A stretch of DNA of 64,000 nt from an uncultured Chloroflexia bacterium. GTDB taxonomy: Bacteria; Chloroflexota; Limnocylindria; Limnocylindrales; CSP1-4. The notes under the pieces are model-generated. The model had not been told where the DNA came from. It saw only the letters and a program-made list of their open reading frames with translations, and searched no databases. The position numbers and the translations under genes were made by a program. The stretch spans positions 1 to 64,000 of the forward strand of contig CAVPPB010000003.1 of NCBI GenBank assembly GCA_963707215.1, given 5' to 3'. Position 1 is the first letter of the stretch; the number at the start of each line of letters is the position of its first letter. Of this stretch, positions 55,840 through 64,000 are shown one piece after another.

Positions 55840-56408
55840 CCGGACCGCGCGGCGTCGATGCCCCGTCGACGGGGACGGGCTCCGGGACGGAGGTCGGTCT
55901 CCCCTACCGGCCCTCCGTCGGCATCCTCCTCTTCGACTCCGACGGACGGGTCTTCGTCGGCCGGCGCCTGCGTGGCGCGGTCGGGACCTGGCAACCCCCG
56001 CAGGGCGGCATCGATCCCGGCGAGACACCGCTCGAGGCGGCCCTGCGTGAGCTCGAGGAGGAGACGAGTATCGTCTCGGTCGAGTCCCTGGCCGTGAGTG
56101 CCGGCTGGTACACCTATGAGCTGCCTGCGGGACTCCCGGATCCGCCCCGCTGGGCCGCCCGCTACCGGGGCCAGCGCCAGTGCTGGGTGGCCCTCCGCTT
56201 CATCGGGAACGCTGACGAGATCGATCTGGCTACCGAGCACCCCGAATTCTCCGACTGGCGCTGGGCGTCACTCGAGGAGCTCCCGGGGATGGGGGTCTCG
56301 TTCAAGCGGCCGGTCTATGCCCGCGTCGCCGCAGAGTTCGCCAGCCTGGCCGAGTCGTCGACCGACGCCCGGGTCAGGCGGGTACGAGGGTCCGCAGGGC
56401 AGCCTTGA
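55836..56408 (+). CDS. rppH: RNA pyrophosphohydrolase (Nudix, RppH-type)
   Basis: YRPSVG, WQPPQGGID.GE...AA.REL.EET, YRGQRQ.W, HPEF..WRW, FKR.VY. Confidence 0.85.
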   Translation: MTGPRGVDAPSTGTGSGTEVGLPYRPSVGILLFDSDGRVFVGRRLRGAVGTWQPPQGGIDPGETPLEAALRELEEETSIVSVESLAVSAGWYTYELPAGLPDPPRWAARYRGQRQCWVALRFIGNADEIDLATEHPEFSDWRWASLEELPGMGVSFKRPVYARVAAEFASLAESSTDARVRRVRGSAGQP

Positions 56409-56961
56409 CCCGGTCCTCGAGGTCGCTCGCGGAGGCGCCATCGACGAGCGCAGCGCGTGACGCATCGCGCGCCTCGGTGGCGGAATACCCCAGGGCCTGG
56501 AGTGCGGCGACGACCTCGTCCTCGCCGGCCGGTCCGACGGCCGGTGCCACCGAGGCGCCCGCGGCCGCGACCTTCTCCTTGAGCTCGAAGATGATCCGTT
56601 CGGCCAGCTTGCGACCGATCCCCGGGATGGCGGTGAGGACGGCCTGATCCTGTTGCAGGATGGCCAGCTGGAGGTCGGCCGGAGGGCGGCTGCCGACGAT
56701 CGGAAGAGCGATCCGGGGGCCGACGCCGTTGACGGTGAGGAGGAGCTCGAAGAACCCGAGCTCTTCCGGCGTCCGGAACCCGAAGAGCGCCTGCTGATCC
56801 TCGCGGACCAGGTGGTGCGTGTGAAGTCGCAGTCGCTCGCCGATCCGCGCCACGGCGAGGACGGCCGGGGCGGCGTTGACCCGGTACCCGATGCCGCCGA
56901 CCTCGATGACGAGCGCGTCGGTCCCGATCGACGCGACGGTCCCGTCGACAGAGGCGATCAC
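56374..56961 (-). CDS. ruvA: Holliday junction protein RuvA
   Basis: GGIGYRV, VRED..LFGF, VNGVGPR, IPGIGRK.AERI, ALQALGY. Confidence 0.96.
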   Translation of the reverse strand: MIASVDGTVASIGTDALVIEVGGIGYRVNAAPAVLAVARIGERLRLHTHHLVREDQQALFGFRTPEELGFFELLLTVNGVGPRIALPIVGSRPPADLQLAILQQDQAVLTAIPGIGRKLAERIIFELKEKVAAAGASVAPAVGPAGEDEVVAALQALGYSATEARDASRAALVDGASASDLEDRVKAALRTLVPA

Positions 56962-57563
56962 CGGCGTCCTGAGCTCCGAGCCCTCGCCTCGTCACGAGCC
57001 AGGGCCTCTCGGACGGCGCGGTCGTAGGAGGAGCGGCCCTCGGCGATCGGCGCCACGGCGGCCCGATCGAGCACGGCAGCCGTCGGCTGCTCGCCCACCC
57101 GCTCGCGGTGGGCCGCCCAGATGGCGATGGCGAGAGCATCAGCGGCATCGTCGGGCGTGGGGGTCACGTCCATGCCGAGCACCAGGCGGACCATCCGGGC
57201 CACCTCCTGCTTCCCGGAACGACCGTGGCCGGTCACGGCGACCTTGACCTCGGACGGGGTGGCCTCGCGGACCGGCAGGCGGTGCTGGGCGGCTGCGAGG
57301 AGGACGACACCCCTCGCCTGCCCGACCGCGAAGGCGGTCTGGGCGTTGCGGGAATAGAAGATGCGCTCGACGGCCACCAGATCCGGCCGATGCAGCTCGA
57401 TGAGCTCGACCACCTGCCGATGGATGGCATCCAGGCGGTCCGGGAGCGGTGTGCTCGCCGTCGTCGACAGGCAGCCGTGGTCGACCGCGCGCAGCCGGCC
57501 GTTCCGTTCGACGACGCCGTAGCCGAGAGCGGCGGTCCCCGGGTCGATGCCCAGGATGATCAC
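56958..57563 (-). CDS. ruvC: crossover junction endonuclease RuvC
   Basis: ILGIDPG, VGQARG, DDAADALA. Confidence 0.96.
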   Translation of the reverse strand: MIILGIDPGTAALGYGVVERNGRLRAVDHGCLSTTASTPLPDRLDAIHRQVVELIELHRPDLVAVERIFYSRNAQTAFAVGQARGVVLLAAAQHRLPVREATPSEVKVAVTGHGRSGKQEVARMVRLVLGMDVTPTPDDAADALAIAIWAAHRERVGEQPTAAVLDRAAVAPIAEGRSSYDRAVREALARDEARARSSGRR

Positions 57564-58312
57564 CCGGCGACCTCGGCGAAGAGTTCTTCCGGGATGTCGA
57601 AGTTCGCAGTGACCCGGGAGACGTCGTCGAGGTCCTCGAGGTTCTCGACGAGACGGAGCGCCTTGCGCGCGTGGTCGGGATCGAGGTCCACCGTCTGCCT
57701 GGCGATCATCGTCGATTCCGCCGACTCGATCGAGATGGCAGCGGCCTCGAGCGAGGACCGAACGGTCTGGAGCTCTCCCGGCGTCGTGTAGACGTACATC
57801 CGTTCCGGATCGTCGGTGTCCACGTCGTCGGCCCCGGCATCGATCGCCGCGAGGGCGATCTCGTCGGTATCGACCCCGGCAGCCGGGACCGTCACGACCC
57901 CGCGCGGCTCGAATTGCCAGGCGACGGCGCCGGAACCGGCCAGTTGGCCACCGGCTTTGCTGAACACGGCCCGGACCTCGGCCGCCGTCCGGTTGCGGTT
58001 GTCGGTCTGGGCCTCGACGAGGATGGCGATGCCGCCGGGACCGTAGCCTTCGTAGACGACCTCCTCGAACTCGGCGGCATCACCGGCCCCGGTCGCCCGC
58101 TCGATGGCCCGCTTGATGTTGTCGGCCGGCATGTTGACCGATCGGGCCTTGTCGACCGCAAGCCGGAGCCGGTAGTTGGCGTCGGGATCGCCGCCGCCCT
58201 GGCGAGCGGCGACCGAGATCTCACGGGCGATCTTCGTGAAGAGCGCTCCGCGCTTCGCGTCGTTGGCGCCCTTCTGGCGCTTGATCGTCGACCATTTGGA
58301 GTGTCCGGACAT
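57560..58312 (-). CDS. yebC: YebC/PmpR family protein
   Basis: MSGHSKWSTIK, YEGYGPGG, TDNRNRT. Confidence 0.97.
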   Translation of the reverse strand: MSGHSKWSTIKRQKGANDAKRGALFTKIAREISVAARQGGGDPDANYRLRLAVDKARSVNMPADNIKRAIERATGAGDAAEFEEVVYEGYGPGGIAILVEAQTDNRNRTAAEVRAVFSKAGGQLAGSGAVAWQFEPRGVVTVPAAGVDTDEIALAAIDAGADDVDTDDPERMYVYTTPGELQTVRSSLEAAAISIESAESTMIARQTVDLDPDHARKALRLVENLEDLDDVSRVTANFDIPEELFAEVAG

Positions 58313-58320
58313 CGCGCGGG

Positions 58321-58338
58321 AGTATACCGGACTATCAT
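58321..58338. promoter_or_regulatory. back-to-back -10 boxes (yebC minus; EF-G2 plus)
   Basis: TATACT on minus strand 8 nt before yebC ATG; TATCAT on plus strand at 58333-58338. Confidence 0.55.
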
Positions 58339-58419
58339 GACCGGACCCGCGGTCGCCGCCTTGCGGCCGCGCTCCTGTGCGCGTCCCCCCGACCCACCAC
58401 CGTGAGGAACGACGAGCCG

Positions 58420-60501
58420 ATGCCGACCAAGAGCGTAGACCTCCCCCACATCCGCACCGTCGTCCTGGCCGGCCATGCCGGCTCCGGCAAGACGACGCTC
58501 GCGGAGCAGCTCCTCTTCCGTGCCGGCGCCATCTCCCGGCTCGGTCGGGTCGACGACGGCACGGCGAGCCTAGACTTCGAGCCCGAGGAGCAACGGCGGA
58601 AGGAGTCGCTCGGCGTAGCGGTGGCGACCTTCGAGCACGATGGCTACCGCATCACCCTCGTCGACACGCCCGGCTACCTCGACTTCGTCGCCGAGATGGT
58701 CTCCGGCATGCACGCGGCCGACGCCGCGCTTCTCGTCATGGACGCCAGCGGTGGCGTCGAGGCCGGTCTGGAGACCGCCGTCGACCAGGCCCGCGGTCTC
58801 GGCCGGGCGGCCTGCTTCGTCATCAACAAGTGCGACCGGGAGAACGCCGACCCCGGCGCTGCCCTCGATGCGCTCCGGGCCTCGTTCGGCAACAAGGTCG
58901 CGCCGCTCCAGATCGCGATCGGCGCGGGTGATTCGTTCGAGGGATACGTGGACCTCGTCCACCGCAAGGCCTACCGCTGGGATGGCAAGCAGGATGTCGA
59001 GATCCCCGTCCCCGACGGGCTCGCCGACGAGGTCGCCCTGCGCCGGGACCAGCTGCTGGAGGCCGCGGCCGAGGCCGACGACGACGTCCTGACGAAGTAC
59101 CTCGAGGGTGAGGAGATCTCCGACGCCGAACTCGAGAGCTGCCTCCATCGCGGCGTCCGCGACGCCATCCTCGCACCGGTCCTCGTCGCTAGTGCCGCAA
59201 AGGGGATCGGCATCCGAGGCGTGTCCGACGCGGTCACGCGCTACCTGCCGTCCCCCGACGAAGAAGCCGCGGCCCGGGCCTCGGATCGCGCCGGGACTGC
59301 CATCGAGGTCACCCCCGACCCGGACGGGCCCCTCGTGGTCCGGGTCTTCAAGACGGCGGCTGACCCGTATGTCGGCAAGCTCAGCTACCTGCGGGTGCTG
59401 TCGGGGACCCTGAAGGGCCAGGGGTCGGTCCTCAACGTCAACCAGGGCCAGGACGAGCGGCTCGGTCAGCTACTGCTGCTCCACGCCAAGGAGCAGGAGC
59501 CGGTCGGTGAGCTGAAGGCCGGTGAGATCGGGGCGGTCGCCAAGCTCGCAGTCACCCGTACCGGCGACACGCTCGCCTCGAAGGACCGCCCGGTCACCTT
59601 GCCGCCCATCGAGTTCCCGTTGCCGACGCTGATCCAGGCGATCGAGCCCGAGACGAAGGCCGACCTCGACAAGATGGGGGCTGCCCTCCAGCGGATGCAG
59701 GAGGAGGAGCCGGCGGCCCGGGTCGAGCGGAGCGAGGTCGGCGAGCAGCTGCTCGTCACCATGGGCGAAGCCCACAGCGCGGTCATCCTTGAGCGGCTCA
59801 AGCGCAAGTTCGGCGCCGCCATCGTCACCCACACGCCGAAGGTCCCATATCGGGAGACCATTCGCGGCAAGGCCCAGGCCCACGGGCGCTACAAGAAGCA
59901 GACGGGCGGCCACGGGATGTTCGGCGATGTCTGGATCGAGCTCGAGCCGAACCCCGCGGGCGGTGTGGAGTTCACCGAGCGGGTCGTCGGAGGCTCGGTG
60001 CCGCGGCAGTTCTTCCCCGGCGTCGAGAAGGGCATCAGGGAGACGGCAGCCGAGGGTGTCGTGGCCGGCTATCCCCTGAGCGACTTCAAGGCGACGCTGT
60101 ACGACGGCTCCTTCCACACGGTGGATTCGAACGAGCTCTCGTTCAAGATCGCTGCTTCGATGGCCCTCAAGGACGGCGTCCAGCAGGCCAAGCCGGTCCT
60201 CCTCGAGCCGATCATGTCGGTCACCGTTCGGATCCCGGAGGCCTACATGGGCGACGTCAACCGGGACCTCAACGGACGCCGCGGGCGCGTCCTGGGTCTC
60301 GACTCGGCCGGCGACGGCATCCAGGTCATCACGGCCCATGTCCCCCAGGCAGAGATCTTCAGCTACGCGACGGAGCTGCGCTCGCTGACCGGTGGCCGAG
60401 GGTCCTTCGAGGCCGAGCTGGATCACTACGAAGAGGTCCCCGCCCACCTCACCCAGAAGATCGTCGAGGCCGGCCACAAGGACGCCGACGCCGGGCACTG
60501 A
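58420..60501 (+). CDS. elongation factor G paralog (EF-G2-like)
   Basis: GHAGSGKTT, DTPG, NKCD, KKQTGGHG, LLEPIM; G2 RGITI replaced by RKESL; outside the str operon. Confidence 0.9.
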   Translation: MPTKSVDLPHIRTVVLAGHAGSGKTTLAEQLLFRAGAISRLGRVDDGTASLDFEPEEQRRKESLGVAVATFEHDGYRITLVDTPGYLDFVAEMVSGMHAADAALLVMDASGGVEAGLETAVDQARGLGRAACFVINKCDRENADPGAALDALRASFGNKVAPLQIAIGAGDSFEGYVDLVHRKAYRWDGKQDVEIPVPDGLADEVALRRDQLLEAAAEADDDVLTKYLEGEEISDAELESCLHRGVRDAILAPVLVASAAKGIGIRGVSDAVTRYLPSPDEEAAARASDRAGTAIEVTPDPDGPLVVRVFKTAADPYVGKLSYLRVLSGTLKGQGSVLNVNQGQDERLGQLLLLHAKEQEPVGELKAGEIGAVAKLAVTRTGDTLASKDRPVTLPPIEFPLPTLIQAIEPETKADLDKMGAALQRMQEEEPAARVERSEVGEQLLVTMGEAHSAVILERLKRKFGAAIVTHTPKVPYRETIRGKAQAHGRYKKQTGGHGMFGDVWIELEPNPAGGVEFTERVVGGSVPRQFFPGVEKGIRETAAEGVVAGYPLSDFKATLYDGSFHTVDSNELSFKIAASMALKDGVQQAKPVLLEPIMSVTVRIPEAYMGDVNRDLNGRRGRVLGLDSAGDGIQVITAHVPQAEIFSYATELRSLTGGRGSFEAELDHYEEVPAHLTQKIVEAGHKDADAGH

Positions 60502-60608
60502 CGGCGGGTCGATCCCACGCGCACGCTCTCGAGCGAGGGCCGTCCTCGGGTCGACCGGCGTCCCCGCCGAGGGACGCCCAGGATCCTCGGCGCCGGTGGG
60601 CGCCATGG

Positions 60609-61364
60609 TCACCCGATGCTCGCCAGGGCCGCAGCCAGGTCGATCCGCCCCTCATACAGGGCTCGTCCGACGATCGCCCCGCTCGCCCCGGCCGCTCGTG
60701 TCGCCAGCAGGTCCTCGATCGAGCTGATCCCGCCTGAGGCCAGGATCATGCCGGCGCCGAGGTCGACGGCCGAGCGCAGCAGGGCCAGGTCGGGGCCCCG
60801 GAGCACCCCGTCTCGGTCGATCGCCGTCACGGCGAAGATCCCGACGCCGGCCTCGGCGAGGCGTTGCATCGCCTCGCCCATCGGCACACCAAGGGCGTCG
60901 GACCGCCAGGCGTCGCCCAGGGCCAGCCCATGTCGCACATCGATCGCGGCCACGATGCGGGACGCCCCGAAGCGCTGGACCAGGACGCCGGCGAACCCCG
61001 GGTCTTGCAAGGCCGCGGTCCCGATGACGGCGCGGGCGGCGCCGGCCTCCAGCATGCCCGCGACTGCGTCCACGTCCCGCAGCCCCCCCGCGACCTGGCA
61101 GGCGACGGAGGCCCCGACCTGGCGAACGATGTCCTGGACGACGCCCGTCTGGACTGGCGACCCGGACGCACCGTCGAGATCGACGACATGGATCCAGCCC
61201 GTCCCCGCCTCGGCGAAGGAGGTCGCGACGGCCAAGGGGTCGTCGCCGTAGACGGTCGGCTGCTCGAGTCGACCCCGTCGCAGGCGGACCACGCGGCCGC
61301 CTTGGAGGTCGATGGCCGGCATGATCTGGAAGGACCCGTCGTCCGGGACCGGAGTGATTGACAC
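60609..61364 (-). CDS. hisA: ProFAR isomerase
   Basis: PAIDLQGGRVVRL, HVVDLDGA, GGLR, TAIDRDG, SGG, GRALY. Confidence 0.9.
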   Translation of the reverse strand: MSITPVPDDGSFQIMPAIDLQGGRVVRLRRGRLEQPTVYGDDPLAVATSFAEAGTGWIHVVDLDGASGSPVQTGVVQDIVRQVGASVACQVAGGLRDVDAVAGMLEAGAARAVIGTAALQDPGFAGVLVQRFGASRIVAAIDVRHGLALGDAWRSDALGVPMGEAMQRLAEAGVGIFAVTAIDRDGVLRGPDLALLRSAVDLGAGMILASGGISSIEDLLATRAAGASGAIVGRALYEGRIDLAAALASIG

Positions 61365-61381
61365 CGGATCCGCTCTCCTGC

Positions 61382-61413
61382 TAGCGTTGTAGCACGTTAC
61401 TACGATAGCACGC
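61382..61413. promoter_or_regulatory. putative TrpR/HisR-type tandem operator (8-bp periodic)
   Basis: TAGCGTTG TAGCACGT TACTACGA TAGCACGC between divergent hisA and the TrpR-like gene. Confidence 0.55.
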
Positions 61414-61422
61414 CACCGATCG

Positions 61423-61779
61423 ATGGGACTGCCCCAGCCAGCGAGGTCCACGATGCTGCCCGCAGATGATGATTGGCGGACGCCGGCCGTTGACGCCCTC
61501 CTACGGGCACTCGTCAGCCTCGACTCGACCGACGACGCCGCCCGGTTCATTCGGGACCTCTGCACCGTCGGCGAACTCCAGGCCATGGCCCAGCGTTGGG
61601 CGGTCGCCAGGATGCTCGACGACGGGCTCCATTACGCCGAGATCTCGCGCCTGACCGGAGCGAGCACGGCGACGATCACGCGGATCGCCGCCTGGTTGCA
61701 CCACGGCGAGGGTGGCTACCGCCTCATGCTCGACCGCGTCCGCACGGCGCCGAGCGCGGGCAACCCGACACGCTCGTGA
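61423..61779 (+). CDS. YerC/YecD (TrpR-like, HisR) repressor
   Basis: F.RDLCT..EL..MAQRW.VA.ML...Y.EI...TGASTATITR. Confidence 0.9.
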   Translation: MGLPQPARSTMLPADDDWRTPAVDALLRALVSLDSTDDAARFIRDLCTVGELQAMAQRWAVARMLDDGLHYAEISRLTGASTATITRIAAWLHHGEGGYRLMLDRVRTAPSAGNPTRS

Positions 61780-62639
61780 TGCGAGACCGTCTGCGACTCG
61801 CCGTGCCGAACAAGGGACGGCTGGTGGAACCGACCCTCGCCCTGCTGCACGACGCGGGTCTCGTCTTCGAGGAGCACGACCGCAGCCTCGTGGCGCGGGT
61901 CCAGAACTACGACCTCGACATCCTGTTCGTGCGGACGAATGACGTCATCGAGTTCGTCGGCGATGGGGTCGCAGATCTCGGCGTCACGGGCATCGACCTC
62001 CTGGCAGAGTCAGGCGCCGATCTGCCGCGTCTGCGGAACCTGGGATACGGTCACTGCCGCCTCGCGGCGGCGGTCCCCAACGACACCTCGTTCCGGGCCG
62101 TCGAGGACCTGGCCGGGCTCCGGGTGGCCACAGCGCACCCGCGCTCGACGCGCGACTTCTTCGAGCGAGCCGCGGTGCCCGTCGAGGTGATCCCGATCTC
62201 CGGCGCGGTGGAGGTGGCCCCGCGTCTCGGCCTTGCCGAGGCGATCGTCGACCTCGTCTCCACCGGATCGACCCTGGTGATGAACGGCCTGCGGCCGATC
62301 GCCGACGTCCTCGCCTCGGAAGCGATCCTGGTCGGCAACCGCGAGGCAGTCGGGCGGAGGGCCGGTGACCTGGCCGCCATCGACACCATGCTGAGCGCAG
62401 TGATCGCGGCGCGGGGCCGAAAGTACCTGATGATGAACGCTCCCCTCTCCCGCCTGGAGGAGGTCACGGCGCTGCTTCCGGCCCTCGAGTCACCGACCGT
62501 CATCCCGCTCAGCCATGAGGGCATGGTCGCCGTCCACTCGGTCGTGGGTGCCGACGAGGTCTGGGGCCTCCTCCCGCGCCTGAAGGCGAGCGGCGCCAGC
62601 GGCATCCTGGTGCTGCCGATCGAGAAGCTCGTGCCATGA
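61779..62639 (+). CDS. hisG: ATP phosphoribosyltransferase (long form)
   Basis: LAVPNKGRL, DLGVTG.D, GAVEVAP, IVDLVSTGSTL, C-terminal regulatory domain. Confidence 0.96.
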   Translation: MRDRLRLAVPNKGRLVEPTLALLHDAGLVFEEHDRSLVARVQNYDLDILFVRTNDVIEFVGDGVADLGVTGIDLLAESGADLPRLRNLGYGHCRLAAAVPNDTSFRAVEDLAGLRVATAHPRSTRDFFERAAVPVEVIPISGAVEVAPRLGLAEAIVDLVSTGSTLVMNGLRPIADVLASEAILVGNREAVGRRAGDLAAIDTMLSAVIAARGRKYLMMNAPLSRLEEVTALLPALESPTVIPLSHEGMVAVHSVVGADEVWGLLPRLKASGASGILVLPIEKLVP

Positions 62640-64000
62640 CGATGCACCCGCGTCCCCAGTCCCGTCCGCCGCTGCGGCTGTCGCGTCTCGATCTCGGTCG
62701 GCTGGGCAAGGATCAGCTCGTGGCGACCCGGCGTGACTCCCTGGTCCGCCGGGGCGCCGTGCCGGACGGCCGGGTCCGTGATGGGGCTCGGGCCATCCTT
62801 GGGGACGTCCGGGACGGTGGAGCGGACGCGGTGCGGGCCGCCAACGAGCGGTTCGGTGGCGGTCTCCCTGATGGCCGGCTCATCCTCGAGCGGAGGGAGC
62901 TCGCGGCCGCCCGCGACGCCCTCGGTCCAGCCGTCCGGGCCGCGCTCGACCAGGCCATCGCCAACGTCCGGCGGTTCGCCGAGGCGCAACGACCGTCCAC
63001 GACCGTCACGACGATCGAGCCCGGGGTCGAGCTGGAGCGACGCTGGGTGCCGCTCGCTCGCCTCGGGGCCTATGTGCCGGGTGGCACCGCCCCGTACCCG
63101 TCATCGCTGGTGATGACGGTCGCCCCGGCTGCTGTCGCCGGCGTGGGCACGGTCGTCGTCGCCTCCCCGGCCGCAGTAGACGGCGCCGTCGATGCCGTCC
63201 TGGCCGGCGTCGCGGGCCTGCTCGAGGTGGACGCGTTCATCGTCGCGGGTGGCGCCCAGGCGGTCGGGGCGATGGCCTACGGGCTGCCGTCGGAGGGCGT
63301 CCCTCCTGTCGACCGCATCGTCGGCCCGGGAAACGCCTGGGTGACGGCGGCCAAGCTCGAGGCCTTCGGTGACGTGGGCATCGACCTGCCGGCCGGACCG
63401 TCCGAGGGGATGGTCCTCGCCGACGCCACGGCAGATCCGCGGGTCGTCGCCGCCGACCTCATCACCCAGGCGGAGCATGGACCCGACTCCCCTGCCCTCC
63501 TGGTCACGACCGACGCCTGGCTCATCGACGCCGTCGAGGCGGAGATCGGCCGTCAGCTCGTCCGACAGCCCCGGCGAGCGATCCTTGAACGTGCCCTCGT
63601 CGACCACGGGGTCCTGGTGCTGGCGCCGGACATCGGGACCGCCATCGACTTCGTCAACGACTACGGCCCGGAGCACCTGTCCGTGGAGACCGCGGATCTG
63701 GAGACGACGGTAGGGCGGATCCGCAATGCCGGATCGGTCTTCGTGGGCCCATGGGCACCCGAGTCGGCCGGCGACTACGCCTCGGGTGCGAACCATGTCC
63801 TTCCGACCGGCGGGCTCGCCAGGAGCTGCGGGGCCCTGGACATGGCTGCGTACGGCAAGTACGTCCAGGTCCAACGGATCGACCGGGAGGGCCTCGGACG
63901 GCTCCGTGCCGCCATCAGCACGCTGGCCACGGCCGAGGGGCTTCTCGCCCACCGAGCAGCCGTTGAGATCCGGTTCGACTCGGCTCGGTCCGAGGCCGCC
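62636..64000 (+). CDS. hisD: histidinol dehydrogenase (runs off window end)
   Basis: Open frame from ATG 62636: GAYVPGG..PYPSS, GPGN, AGPSE, QAEHGPDS, GDYASGANHVLPTGG. Confidence 0.95.
   Translation, partial: MTMHPRPQSRPPLRLSRLDLGRLGKDQLVATRRDSLVRRGAVPDGRVRDGARAILGDVRDGGADAVRAANERFGGGLPDGRLILERRELAAARDALGPAVRAALDQAIANVRRFAEAQRPSTTVTTIEPGVELERRWVPLARLGAYVPGGTAPYPSSLVMTVAPAAVAGVGTVVVASPAAVDGAVDAVLAGVAGLLEVDAFIVAGGAQAVGAMAYGLPSEGVPPVDRIVGPGNAWVTAAKLEAFGDVGIDLPAGPSEGMVLADATADPRVVAADLITQAEHGPDSPALLVTTDAWLIDAVEAEIGRQLVRQPRRAILERALVDHGVLVLAPDIGTAIDFVNDYGPEHLSVETADLETTVGRIRNAGSVFVGPWAPESAGDYASGANHVLPTGGLARSCGALDMAAYGKYVQVQRIDREGLGRLRAAISTLATAEGLLAHRAAVEIRFDSARSEAA

Overview
High-GC bacterial chromosome segment. 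The gene repertoire, short EF-Ts, frequent leaderless genes and Gram-positive-type SOS box suggest Chloroflexota, possibly Limnocylindria-like (inference). 0.4-29 kb (+): core cluster rpsB-tsf-pyrH-frr-uppS-cdsA-dxr-rseP-ispG / nusA-ylxR-infB-rbfA-nrnA-truB-ribF / rpsO-pnp / asd-udg-rnj-ftsK-rodZ-cinA-murC-yajQ. About 8.3-14.4 kb is riddled with single-base indels, almost certainly sequencing error. 29-43.5 kb: accessory genes around a 28-bp dif-like site (40313-40340) lying where gene orientation flips, probably the replication terminus. 43.5-58 kb (mostly -): yebC-ruvC-ruvA, an inserted rrf2-rppH pair, then ruvB-tgt-recA-recX-rny-ymdB-PHP-miaB-miaA-hflX. The window ends with EF-G2 and a his locus with a TrpR-like regulator. 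Top finding: the PNPase carries a complete DEDDh 3'-5' exonuclease domain inserted in its alpha-helical domain, giving a candidate dual phosphorolytic/hydrolytic nuclease reminiscent of exosome+Rrp6. Other candidates: an 84-nt rod-like small RNA with its own -10 box, a queuine-salvage-type TGT, a CTG-initiated recX, a UDG with a clamp-motif tail and several unannotated small proteins. No rRNA, tRNA, CRISPR array or transposase was seen.
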